From positions 22,307 to 86,306 of the forward strand of contig JBDRDJ010000028.1 in NCBI GenBank assembly GCA_043820815.1: a DNA stretch of 64,000 nt, in the 5' to 3' direction. The notes beneath the pieces were generated by a model. That model was given only the letters and a program-made list of their open reading frames with translations. It made no database searches and had not been told where the DNA came from. Within the stretch, counting starts at the first letter, position 1. Every line of letters starts with the position of its first letter. Made by a program: the position numbers and the translations under genes. The DNA comes from Candidatus Omnitrophota bacterium. GTDB taxonomy: Bacteria; Omnitrophota; Gorgyraeia; Duberdicusellales; 4484-171. Positions 1 through 8,509 of the stretch are shown one piece after another.

Positions 1-299
1 TGAATGACCCGGATTTACTTTTACTGGATGAACCGACCGCATCTTTAGACCCGGCAGTGGCATTCAATATCCGTGCTAATCTTCGTGAATTTGTAGCTAG
101 GCGTGACTGTGGAGTGCTTTGGACTTCACATAATATGTATGAGGTTGAGACGGTGTGTGACCGTGTGCTTTTCCTTTCTCACGGGAAAATCCTTCTTAAA
201 GGTAATCCAAGAACCTTACCGAAAGAATACGGTAAGGCTAATTTGGAGGAACTTTTTATCATGATAGCGCGTGAACCGCTTCCTAAAGAGGCAGGGTAA
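1..299 (+). CDS. ABC transporter ATP-binding protein, C-terminal fragment (5' end outside window)
   Basis: The frame is open from the window edge. Translation starts NDPDLLLLDEPTASLDP (Walker B/D-loop) and contains WTSHNM (H-loop). Stop TAA 297-299 abuts the permease ATG at 300. Confidence 0.85.
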   Translation, partial: NDPDLLLLDEPTASLDPAVAFNIRANLREFVARRDCGVLWTSHNMYEVETVCDRVLFLSHGKILLKGNPRTLPKEYGKANLEELFIMIAREPLPKEAG

Positions 300-1106
300 A
301 TGATTTGTTTCATTCGTGTGTGGGCAATTTTGTTGAGACAGTATTATCTGATACGCGCCAGTTTTTCGCGCATTTTACCCTTATTTATCTGGGTAGCGGT
401 GGATATTGTTCTTTGGGGATTCCTTACGCGTTATCTGAATGCTGTAGCTTCTGTGAGTTTTAATTTTGTGCCGGTCATGCTGGGTGCAATTTTACTTTGG
501 GATTTTTTTATCCGTATCATGCAGGGGGTAACCATGGCTTTCTTTGAAGATGTATGGGCCAGAAACTTCATTAATGTCTTTTCTACACCCATACGTATCA
601 GTGAATATTTAATAGGGCTTGTTTTTTCAAGTATTGCTACCAGCTCTGTAGGAATTGCCGTAATGTTTTTTTTAGCCATTGTGGTTTTTGGCCTACAATT
701 TTTAAGTTATGGAATAGTTATTCTGCCATTTTTATTAGTGCTTTTTATGTTTGGCATAGCTTTAGGTATTGCCGCAAGTGCTCTTGTTCTTAGGCTGGGC
801 CCGGCAGCTGAGTGGTTTATTTGGCCTATACCGGCTATTATTTCACCATTTGCCGGCGTTTTGTATCCGATTGATATTTTGCCTAAATGGATGCAGTTTA
901 TTTCACGCTTTTTGCCGCCGTCTTATGTTTTTAAGTCTCTTAGGGCCGTTGTCTTAGGCGGTCGCGTTTCCTGTACAGCTCTATCGTGGGGCCTGGGGCT
1001 TGCTTTATTATATATTTATCTTGCCTGTTTACTTTTCGTGTATACCTACAACCATGCTGTGCGCAGTGGCCTTATAGCCCGTTACAGCGCAGAAAGCTTA
1101 AGCTGA
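300..1106 (+). CDS. ABC-2 type transporter permease
   Basis: 268 aa with about six hydrophobic helices. It directly abuts the ATPase gene, a typical ABC-2 exporter arrangement. Confidence 0.75.
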   Translation: MICFIRVWAILLRQYYLIRASFSRILPLFIWVAVDIVLWGFLTRYLNAVASVSFNFVPVMLGAILLWDFFIRIMQGVTMAFFEDVWARNFINVFSTPIRISEYLIGLVFSSIATSSVGIAVMFFLAIVVFGLQFLSYGIVILPFLLVLFMFGIALGIAASALVLRLGPAAEWFIWPIPAIISPFAGVLYPIDILPKWMQFISRFLPPSYVFKSLRAVVLGGRVSCTALSWGLGLALLYIYLACLLFVYTYNHAVRSGLIARYSAESLS

Positions 1107-1252
1107 ATTTCTCTCTGAATATAAGAAGCTGCAAAACTAATCTAATACAGGGAGTTTACATTTTCTAAAAATCCCGCCCATTTCTTTGATCAGGATTATT
1201 TTCTTTAGGATATGTGTTAATAAACGGATTCTGTTTATTTTTTAAAAATAGC

Positions 1253-1281
1253 TTGCATATTTTGCATAATTATGGTATATA
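1253..1281 (+). promoter_or_regulatory. sigma-70-type promoter candidate for the RRM protein gene
   Basis: TTGCAT (1253-1258), 17-nt spacer, TGg-TATATA (1273-1281, extended -10). This implies a 5' leader of about 245 nt before ATG 1535. Confidence 0.4.
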
Positions 1282-1534
1282 TGATAGATAACGTATAGTT
1301 TCCTGCTTTAGCCTCACGTCTAATGTTAGTTAACACGTTATAAGATGGGGTTTATTATATTAGCCAGAGGTTAAATTTTGGCATTACTAAACCTTCATAA
1401 AAAGCTCATTGAAAAAAAGGAAGAATCGGCCAGGGGTTAAAAATGGTATGTTGCTAAAAATCCTGGCTAAAGAGGGATGCGGTGTTACGCTGATTGGAAT
1501 TTTCTGTGAGAGCATTCATTAGGAGAAAAAAGAG

Positions 1535-1867
1535 ATGGAAGAACAAAAGAAATTGTACATTGGAAATTTAAGTTATGACACCAGCGAAAGTGACCTGAGA
1601 GGGTTCATCGAAGAGAAAGGGGTAACCCCAACAGAAATAAAAATTATTTCTGATAAATATACTGGAAAATCAAAAGGTTTTGGTTTTGCAGAGTTTGAAA
1701 CTGAGGAACAGGCTCAAGCCGCTATCGATGCTTTAAACGAGCAAGAATTCAGCGGCAGAAAGTTAACCGTAAACAAAGCAAAGAAAATGCAGCCCAGAAA
1801 AGACAACTTTGGCGGCAGTGGCGGTGGCGGCGGACGTAACTCAGGTTATCGTAATAACAGATATTAA
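1535..1867 (+). CDS. RRM-type RNA-binding protein with Gly-rich tail
   Basis: RNP-2 LYIGNL and RNP-1 KGFGFAEF motifs, with a C-terminal GGSGGGGGRNSGYRNNRY tail. RBS AGGAGAAAAAAGAG lies upstream. Confidence 0.85.
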   Translation: MEEQKKLYIGNLSYDTSESDLRGFIEEKGVTPTEIKIISDKYTGKSKGFGFAEFETEEQAQAAIDALNEQEFSGRKLTVNKAKKMQPRKDNFGGSGGGGGRNSGYRNNRY

Positions 1868-1973
1868 TTTAAAGTAGAATGCAATCGCAATCAACGGACG
1901 ATGGTATAAAGGCGAACCATTATTTTTACCATTAGCGTCCCTTTTTCTTTCTTATAGAGGTAATTTTTTTAGT

Positions 1974-2013
1974 CCGCGGGGTAATAATTATTTACCTTGC
2001 GGGGTTTTTGTTT
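1974..2013 (+). terminator. Rho-independent terminator candidate
   Basis: CCGCGGGGTAA (1974-1984) pairs with TTACCTTGCGG (1992-2002), including two G-U pairs. It is followed by GGTTTTTGTTT. Confidence 0.6.
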
Positions 2014-2052
2014 GTAAGGATTTTATTACAATGTATTTAAAGGAGGGCTAAA

Positions 2053-2262
2053 ATGCATACGGGAAAGATTAAGAAGTTAATTCTTGATAAAAGTTTTGGT
2101 TTTATTGCCGATACGGACGGTAATGATGTATTTTTCCACAAAAATAGCCTTGTTGGTATTGATTTCAGTGATTTGGCAGGGGATGAAGAAGTCCAATTTG
2201 ACGTTGAGAAAACCCCCAAAGGGCTTAATGCTACCAACGTAAGCCTTGTAAGCAAATCTTAA
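2053..2262 (+). CDS. cold-shock domain protein (CspA family)
   Basis: 69 aa. GKIKKLILDKSFGFI and VFFH match the RNP1/RNP2-like motifs of CSD proteins. RBS AAGGAGGG lies upstream. Confidence 0.85.
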   Translation: MHTGKIKKLILDKSFGFIADTDGNDVFFHKNSLVGIDFSDLAGDEEVQFDVEKTPKGLNATNVSLVSKS

Positions 2263-2336
2263 TCGGATTTTTTGAAGTCAGCAGCCTTCCGATTAATATA
2301 GCATTAAATTTTCTGGAGAAAATACTTTTGAATATA

Positions 2337-2375
2337 CCCCCTCTGTAATGTAATCCATTGCAGAGGGGTTTTTTA
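2337..2375 (+). terminator. Rho-independent terminator
   Basis: CCCCCTCTG (2337-2345) pairs with CAGAGGGG (2361-2368), followed by TTTTTT. Confidence 0.7.
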
Positions 2376-2495
2376 TTTTAAATAAAGCTAAAAAGAATAT
2401 TAAAATGATAACAATTTTCCAAATAACCGTAACTTTACATATTTGTTTGAACCTTAAGTGTAAAGTTAGGGAACTTTGCTTTTAATCTTTCCCGT

Positions 2496-2993
2496 ATGCC
2501 AGTAAAACAAGAACCAATAAATATCAAGATAAGAATTTCTAAACAGAAGCTGTATCTTTGTAAGAGCAAAAGGATGATTAAGCAATACTCAATATCAACA
2601 TCAAGATACGGCATTGGCAATAAGCTCAACAGCAATAAAACACCATTTGGCCTGCACAGAATTTACAGCAAAATCGGCAAAAATGCGTTGATAGGAGCTA
2701 TTTTTAAAAAGAGGCGCTTCAGGGGAAAATATTCCAAGATATATAAGAAGTCAGCTCCAGATAGAACTGATTTTATTACAACACGCATCATAAGGTTAGA
2801 AGGCTTAGAGAAGGGCATTAATAAGGGTATGGGCATTGATTCTTTAGAGAGGTGTATTTATATTCATGGCACCCCTAATGAAGCTTTAATCGGTAAGCCG
2901 GTATCTTGCGGATGCATAAGATTGAAAAACAAAGATATAATCGAGTTGTTCAATTTAGTAAAAAGAGGCAATTTAGTTAAAATTGAAAGGTAG
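2496..2993 (+). CDS. L,D-transpeptidase catalytic (YkuD) domain protein
   Basis: Active-site motif HGTPNEALIGKPVSCGCIRL (His ... Cys-x-Arg). No signal peptide is seen at the N-terminus. Confidence 0.75.
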   Translation: MPVKQEPINIKIRISKQKLYLCKSKRMIKQYSISTSRYGIGNKLNSNKTPFGLHRIYSKIGKNALIGAIFKKRRFRGKYSKIYKKSAPDRTDFITTRIIRLEGLEKGINKGMGIDSLERCIYIHGTPNEALIGKPVSCGCIRLKNKDIIELFNLVKRGNLVKIER

Positions 2994-3120
2994 ATGTGTA
3001 AGCAACGGGATTGGTTTTCGAATCTGATAATGATTTTTTTAACGGGAACCAGCTGATCATTTCTTCCTGCCGGCCTCAAAATAAACAATTAAAAAGGCGA
3101 TAATGCTGGAGATGTATTCT

Positions 3121-3221
3121 TGGACATTCCCCAAAATTAATATATTGTTTTTCATAACGAGTTTAACCATAAACAGTTAAGAAAAATAATATCTGAATTC
3201 CTGTATTTTGGGGAATGTCCA
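3121..3221. repeat. perfect 17-bp inverted repeat pair, part of a MITE-like repeat-dense region
   Basis: TGGACATTCCCCAAAAT (3121-3137) and its exact reverse complement (3205-3221) are separated by 67 nt. A third copy lies at 23273-23289. Confidence 0.6.
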
Positions 3222-3308
3222 TAATCTCAGTAATCTTTCCCCAATCTCAGTAATCAATTGGGAGTTTCTTAGATTTCAAAAATGGGGAAACTCCCGATGT
3301 ATTCTGTT

Positions 3309-3336
3309 TTACTTTCTACTTTAGATATGGTACAAT
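3309..3336 (+). promoter_or_regulatory. sigma-70-type promoter candidate for the sigma-54 activator gene
   Basis: TTACTT, 16-nt spacer, TGg-TACAAT (extended -10, 3328-3336). Confidence 0.4.
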
Positions 3337-3433
3337 ATTTTTTCTTTTTGGCTTAGGCAGCAAGAGAGCGATGAGCCACAGTCTTATTAGAGATGTCCGA
3401 TTTAAACCCTAACGCATTCCCCGCAATAAAGTT

Positions 3434-4813
3434 ATGGTAAGCGTCAATAAACAACCTGTTATTTTAGTTGTGGATGATGACCCTTCAGTTTTAGAGGCAT
3501 TCAAGGTTATTTTAGACGAGCAATTTAAGATTTTGACTGCTCAGAGCGGAAAGAGCGCATTGGATACGGTTTCTAAAGAACCGGTTGATCTGGTTTTCTT
3601 AGACATTGCCATGCCCGATATAGACGGCATGAAGATTCTGCGTACGATGAAGGAATTGGATGCTAATTTATCAATAATTATCGCAACCGCAACCGACAGC
3701 GCGAAAATGGCTGTTGAGGCAATGCGGCTGGGAGCCTGTAATTATATCACAAAGCCTTTTGACCCTGATGAAGTGGTAGCTGTGGCCCAGAAGGCCCTGG
3801 AACGGGAAGAACTGCTGAAAGAAGTTGCTTATTTTCGGTCTCAAAGAGAAGAAATAAAGTTTGATAATATTGTGGGCAAAAGCAAAAGCATGGAAGAGAT
3901 ATACGGCATTATCGAAAAAGTCGGCAAAAACGATACCACCATTATTATTACCGGCGAAAGCGGAACAGGAAAAGAATTAATCGCCCAAGCAATACACTGG
4001 AACGGCCTGAGGCAGCAGAAACCGTTTATTCCCGTTAATTGCGCAAGTATTCCTGAAAACTTGCTTGAAAGCGAATTTTTCGGCTACGAAAAAGGCGCTT
4101 TTACCGATGCCGCTTCTCAGAAATTAGGCATGCTGGAACTGGCTGACCAAGGCACGCTGTTTATGGATGAGATCTCAAGCCTCAAGTTAGATATGCAGGC
4201 AAAGCTTCTGCGCGCTTTGGAAGAGAAGGAAATTAGAAGGGTTGGCGGAACCAAGATAGTTAAGGTAGATGTACGCATTATCTGCGCTGCTAACGTTGAC
4301 TTAAAAGCTTTGGCACAGGAAGGAAAGTTTCGCTATGACCTATATTATCGCTTGAATGTCGTGCCTATACATTTGCCGTCACTTAGAGAACGCAGGGAGG
4401 ATATCCCTTTGCTGGTCGCGCATTTCTTAAGAAACTTTAACAAGGCGTTCAGAAAAGAGATAGAAGGGTTTACGGATGATTCTTTAGAGTACTTAATTAA
4501 TTATGATTGGCCGGGTAATATCCGGGAGCTTAAGAATGTTATTGAGCGTTTGGTTGCCTTAAAGGATAAAGGAGTTATTACATCTAAGGAACTGCCTTTT
4601 GATATTTTTATAAAAAATAAGCTGATAAAGAGCTTCCGGGCCGAAGGCGGGCTCAAAGAAGCACGCCGGGATTTCGAGAAACAATACATAGAAGCTGTGT
4701 TAGAAAGAGTCGGCGGCAATCAAATTAAAGCGTCTAAGATATTGAGTATTCACCGTAATGCACTTTTTAACAAGATAAAGAGTTTAGGGATAGGAGGGCG
4801 AAGATGCGGCTAA
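3434..4813 (+). CDS. sigma-54-dependent response regulator (NtrC family enhancer-binding protein)
   Basis: N-terminal receiver (VVDDDPS ... FLDIAMPDIDG). AAA+ domain with GESGTGKE Walker A and the GAFTDA sigma-54 contact motif. C-terminal Fis-type HTH (QIKASKILSIHRNALFNKI). Confidence 0.9.
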   Translation: MVSVNKQPVILVVDDDPSVLEAFKVILDEQFKILTAQSGKSALDTVSKEPVDLVFLDIAMPDIDGMKILRTMKELDANLSIIIATATDSAKMAVEAMRLGACNYITKPFDPDEVVAVAQKALEREELLKEVAYFRSQREEIKFDNIVGKSKSMEEIYGIIEKVGKNDTTIIITGESGTGKELIAQAIHWNGLRQQKPFIPVNCASIPENLLESEFFGYEKGAFTDAASQKLGMLELADQGTLFMDEISSLKLDMQAKLLRALEEKEIRRVGGTKIVKVDVRIICAANVDLKALAQEGKFRYDLYYRLNVVPIHLPSLRERREDIPLLVAHFLRNFNKAFRKEIEGFTDDSLEYLINYDWPGNIRELKNVIERLVALKDKGVITSKELPFDIFIKNKLIKSFRAEGGLKEARRDFEKQYIEAVLERVGGNQIKASKILSIHRNALFNKIKSLGIGGRRCG

Positions 4814-6651
4814 TCAGATTTATATCTTTTTTTGCATTGTTAGTCACTATAGCCGTTGGCGCAGAGGCGGCGGCTGGAGAAACCAGCACAATTGAATTAC
4901 AGCCTATAGTTATAACGCCAAGAAGAACACCTGTTGGGCTAAGCGCAACAACAGAGAACGTAATCGTAATCAATGAAGAAGAAATAAGCCGGCTGCCTGC
5001 AAGGGACTTAGGCGAAGTTTTGGGGTATACCGCAGGTGTTGATATTGATCCTCGCCAGGGATTTGGCAGGGCAACATCAATCAGTATCCAGGGCTCTGAC
5101 TCCCGCCATGTAAGGGTAATGATTGACGGCATACCTTTAAATAACCAGGCTTCCGGCGAGGTTGACCCTTCCCGCTACTCAATTGAGAACGCAAAAAGGA
5201 TAGAAGTTATTAAAGGGTCAGCTTCGAGTATTTGGGGTTCAAGCTTAGGCGGAGTGATTAATATTATTACCAAGGATACGGGAGATACTTTAATTCCCAA
5301 GGGCAATTACACAACCTCTTTTGCAGAATTCGGCACTAAGAAAGACACTCTTGACTTGTCGGGTAAATTAGGGCAATTGGGTTATTATGTTTTCGGGAGC
5401 TTGATGGAATCAGGGGGCAAGGATTCAAGGGATGATGTTATTGAGAAAAAAACATTCGGCAAGCTATCATACGATTTTAAGGATGCCGGCAAATTAACCG
5501 CTTCTTTCGGTTATAACAAAGCAGATGTAAACAGCGGTGTTTGGCCTGATGGAACCTGGTGGGGCCAGCCTTACCGCATACATTACGGCAAGGCCGGCTG
5601 GGAGGCTGAATTAGGCGCAACAGCCGTGAGCGCTGAATTAAAACATTCCCGTCAGGATATTATTACAGAAATTTACCTTGATGCCGCTGATCAAGAGCCG
5701 TTTTCTACGATTAAATCCAAAGATGCGCTTTATCAGCTAAGTTTAAATTCAACCACTCATATTGGAAAAGATGACCTATTAGTTTTAGGGTTCGATTCCG
5801 ATTGGGATAATTTAAAATCTACTTATCTTACCAAAGCAAAGGGTCTAAATGTACAGGCTCCTTATGCTAATTATGCGTTGAAATTAGAGCCATGGGATTT
5901 TAATTTTGGATTACGTTATGACCATACCAGTGAATTTGGAGATGAACTTAGCCCTTCTTTGGGTGCGATATACCATGTTAAAAGCATTCCCGATACTCTT
6001 GTGCGGGCAGGAGTTTCCCGGGCATTTAATGCTCCGCCTCTTCTTTGGAAGTACTATGACTTCAGCCTAAGCGGCTTGACTATTAACCCTGATATTACAC
6101 CTGAACGTGCCCGGGTGTATGAGCTTGGATTGGAAAGTATGCCGCTACCTGAATTATGGCTTAAGCTTTCTTTATACAGAGCGGATGTGTCTGATGCTAT
6201 CAGCAATGCCCAAAGCGGGAGCGGCCAGTGGTATAAAAAGAACTTTGAGAAGTTCCGGAGGCAAGGGGCAGAGTTACAGTTTAATGCCGGCCTTTTTGGC
6301 GGGTTAAGTTTATTTGGAGGCGGCGCTTTTAACGATATTGAAGATAGAGCTACAAGACAAACCGTAGAAGGCGGAGGTAAACCCCGCTATAGTTATGATT
6401 TAGGGCTGTCATACAACAGTGAAAACGGGCTGAATGTGTTAGTTCGCGGTTATTATAATTACTGGAACGAACCGGCATCAAGCGAGCCTAATGATAGAAA
6501 AATGCTTTGTGACATAAAGATTTCTCAAAAATTCAAAAACGCAGATTTTTTCTTAAATGTACACAATTTTACTAATAGCAAATACTGGAGAGATTATTAC
6601 TTTCCTGTTCCCCAGAGGTATTTTGAGGGAGGAGTCACTTTTAAATGGTAA
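4804..6651 (+). CDS. TonB-dependent outer-membrane receptor
   Basis: Signal peptide, TonB-box-like IELQPIVITP, plug-domain motifs (IEVIKGSASSIWGS), and a beta-barrel ending in an aromatic residue (VTFKW). The start overlaps the activator stop by 10 nt. Confidence 0.85.
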   Translation: MRLIRFISFFALLVTIAVGAEAAAGETSTIELQPIVITPRRTPVGLSATTENVIVINEEEISRLPARDLGEVLGYTAGVDIDPRQGFGRATSISIQGSDSRHVRVMIDGIPLNNQASGEVDPSRYSIENAKRIEVIKGSASSIWGSSLGGVINIITKDTGDTLIPKGNYTTSFAEFGTKKDTLDLSGKLGQLGYYVFGSLMESGGKDSRDDVIEKKTFGKLSYDFKDAGKLTASFGYNKADVNSGVWPDGTWWGQPYRIHYGKAGWEAELGATAVSAELKHSRQDIITEIYLDAADQEPFSTIKSKDALYQLSLNSTTHIGKDDLLVLGFDSDWDNLKSTYLTKAKGLNVQAPYANYALKLEPWDFNFGLRYDHTSEFGDELSPSLGAIYHVKSIPDTLVRAGVSRAFNAPPLLWKYYDFSLSGLTINPDITPERARVYELGLESMPLPELWLKLSLYRADVSDAISNAQSGSGQWYKKNFEKFRRQGAELQFNAGLFGGLSLFGGGAFNDIEDRATRQTVEGGGKPRYSYDLGLSYNSENGLNVLVRGYYNYWNEPASSEPNDRKMLCDIKISQKFKNADFFLNVHNFTNSKYWRDYYFPVPQRYFEGGVTFKW

Positions 6652-6690
6652 AAAGAGTGCACAATATAATGAATTGCACTCTTTTGTGTG
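6651..6690 (+). terminator. terminator hairpin after the TonB-dependent receptor
   Basis: AAAAGAGTGCA (6651-6661) pairs with TGCACTCTTTT (6675-6685), an 11-bp stem with a 13-nt loop. Confidence 0.55.
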
Positions 6691-6854
6691 CATAAAATCC
6701 GCCGCATAAAACCATCTGCGCAAGTTGTTTCGCAAATTGAAAAATAATAAATTAGTTTATTCATGCATCCGCATATCAATGATTGTCTTTGTTTTTACAG
6801 CCCGCCGCTTTAAAAGTTTCCCTAAAAAATTCCAAAATGCAAAAATGTAATTAA

Positions 6855-6870
6855 TGGCACGATACTTGCT
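6855..6870 (+). promoter_or_regulatory. sigma-54 (-24/-12) promoter
   Basis: TGGCACGATACTTGCT matches the consensus TGGCACG-N4-TTGCW at every defined position. It lies 20 nt upstream of the signal-peptide ATG at 6890. Confidence 0.6.
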
Positions 6871-6889
6871 TAATCAAAGATGTAACCGG

Positions 6890-8491
6890 ATGAACAAGAG
6901 AACGCTATTTATTTTATTAACCATTTTGCTTTTAGTTATGTTACTCGTTGGTATTAAAAAACGTTCGCATGTGCTCACTTCTTCTAATTTGTATGGCGGT
7001 ACTCTTGTATGGGGAGCGGTCAATAAGCCTACAATAATAAACCCGATTTTAACCACTCAGAGCATTTCTATGGGGGTTATTAATTTAATATTTAACGGCT
7101 TGGTTAGAATTAATTCAAAAGGGGAAATAGAGCCTGATTTGGCACAGTCTTGGGATATTTCCCAGGACGGCCTTGTGTATACCTTTCATTTAAGGGAAGG
7201 CATAAAGTTTCACGACGGCAGAGAGTGTACTGCTTATGATGTAAAATTTACTTATGATAAAATCGTTGATCCGGATATTAATTCGCCCTTTAAATCTTTT
7301 TACCAATTAGTCAGGGAATTTAAGGCGGTTGATAAATTAACTTTTCAGGCAGCCTTAAGAAAACCTTTGTTTTCTTTTATTTACAGGTTTACCAGAGAGA
7401 TAGTTCCTAAGCATATCCTGGAAAATAAGGATTTGAGCAGATGTGCATTTAATTATCATCCTATAGGAACAGGGCCGTTTAAGTTTAAAGAGTGGAAACA
7501 AGACGGCCGGATTGTCCTTGATTATAATCCTGATTATTACGAGGGAAGGCCGTATTTAGACAGGGTTATCGCTAAAACTTATACTGATTCCCGCAATCTC
7601 TGGGCGGCTCTTATGCGCGGCGAAGTGGATTTTGTGCTTTATATAGGGCGGCAAGATTATGAAATTGTAAGGGATGACCCGGCATTTAAAGCTTATAACT
7701 ATTTTTTTGATTTCTATTATACCTTAATTTACAACCTTAACGATCCCGTGCTGGCCGATAAAAGGGTAAGATACGCACTTGCTTATGGCATAGACAGAAA
7801 GGAGTTGATTGAGAAAGTGGCTTTCGGCTATGGTTTAGAATGTAACGGCCCTTTTTATCCGGATTCTTTAGGTTTTAATCCCGATGTTGAGCCTTTTAAA
7901 TATAGCCCCCAGCGCTCACGCCAGCTATTAGCCCAGGCAGGCTGGGAGGATACTGACGGTGATGGTATTTTGGGAAAAGAAGCAAAAGAGTTGGAGTTGA
8001 GCATTTTGGTTGACGAGAGAAATGACATCTACAAAAATATAATAATGGTTTTAAGGCAGCAGCTTCAGAGAATTGGAGTAAAGACACAAGTACAGCTATA
8101 CAACGACGACAGTGAACTTACCGATAAGTTTCTTGCCCAAAACAAGCCGCAGGCGCATTTAAAAATGCTTATGGCAGGGATGGACCCTGATCAGCAGGCG
8201 CCGCACGATTGGTGTTCCGAAATGCCCCGTGGCCTCGGTAAATTGTGGATATATAGAAACGATGAAGTAAACAGGCTTTTTATGACAGGGAAAGTCAGTC
8301 GTGATAAAGAACAACGGGATTTGATTTATCGAAGAATTCACCGCCTTATTTATGAAGACCAGCCGGCATGTTTTTTATATTTCCCATTTATTTTTCACGC
8401 AGTTTCCAATAAGTTTGAAAATACAGATGATTTCTTTACGGTGAATATGCCTTTTTATACAATAAAAGATTGGCGCCTTAAATCTAATTAA
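6890..8491 (+). CDS. periplasmic solute-binding protein, family 5 (OppA/NikA/DppA-like)
   Basis: The N-terminus MNKRTLFILLTILLLVMLLV is a signal or anchor sequence. Family-5 hallmarks follow (GGTLVWG ... PDLAQSWDISQDGLVYTFHLREGIKFHDG). The track start at 6854 falls inside the sigma-54 promoter, so I moved the start to the in-frame ATG at 6890. Confidence 0.8.
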   Translation: MNKRTLFILLTILLLVMLLVGIKKRSHVLTSSNLYGGTLVWGAVNKPTIINPILTTQSISMGVINLIFNGLVRINSKGEIEPDLAQSWDISQDGLVYTFHLREGIKFHDGRECTAYDVKFTYDKIVDPDINSPFKSFYQLVREFKAVDKLTFQAALRKPLFSFIYRFTREIVPKHILENKDLSRCAFNYHPIGTGPFKFKEWKQDGRIVLDYNPDYYEGRPYLDRVIAKTYTDSRNLWAALMRGEVDFVLYIGRQDYEIVRDDPAFKAYNYFFDFYYTLIYNLNDPVLADKRVRYALAYGIDRKELIEKVAFGYGLECNGPFYPDSLGFNPDVEPFKYSPQRSRQLLAQAGWEDTDGDGILGKEAKELELSILVDERNDIYKNIIMVLRQQLQRIGVKTQVQLYNDDSELTDKFLAQNKPQAHLKMLMAGMDPDQQAPHDWCSEMPRGLGKLWIYRNDEVNRLFMTGKVSRDKEQRDLIYRRIHRLIYEDQPACFLYFPFIFHAVSNKFENTDDFFTVNMPFYTIKDWRLKSN

Positions 8492-8509
8492 AGGAAGGAG
8501 GTGAGAAAG

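Noticed and set aside
3349-3362. A sigma-54-like TGGCTTAGGCAGCA upstream of the activator gene.
   Set aside because: The GG-to-GC spacing is 10 nt instead of 12, and the -12 element lacks TTGC. A better sigma-70-type promoter (3309-3336) is present.
6854-6889. ATG 6854 as the start of the binding-protein gene (ORF-track call, MARYLLNQRCNR...).
   Set aside because: The ATG overlaps the sigma-54 -24 element (aTGGCAC). The 12 extra residues precede a canonical signal or anchor sequence that begins at the in-frame ATG 6890. A transcript from the sigma-54 promoter could not include position 6854.
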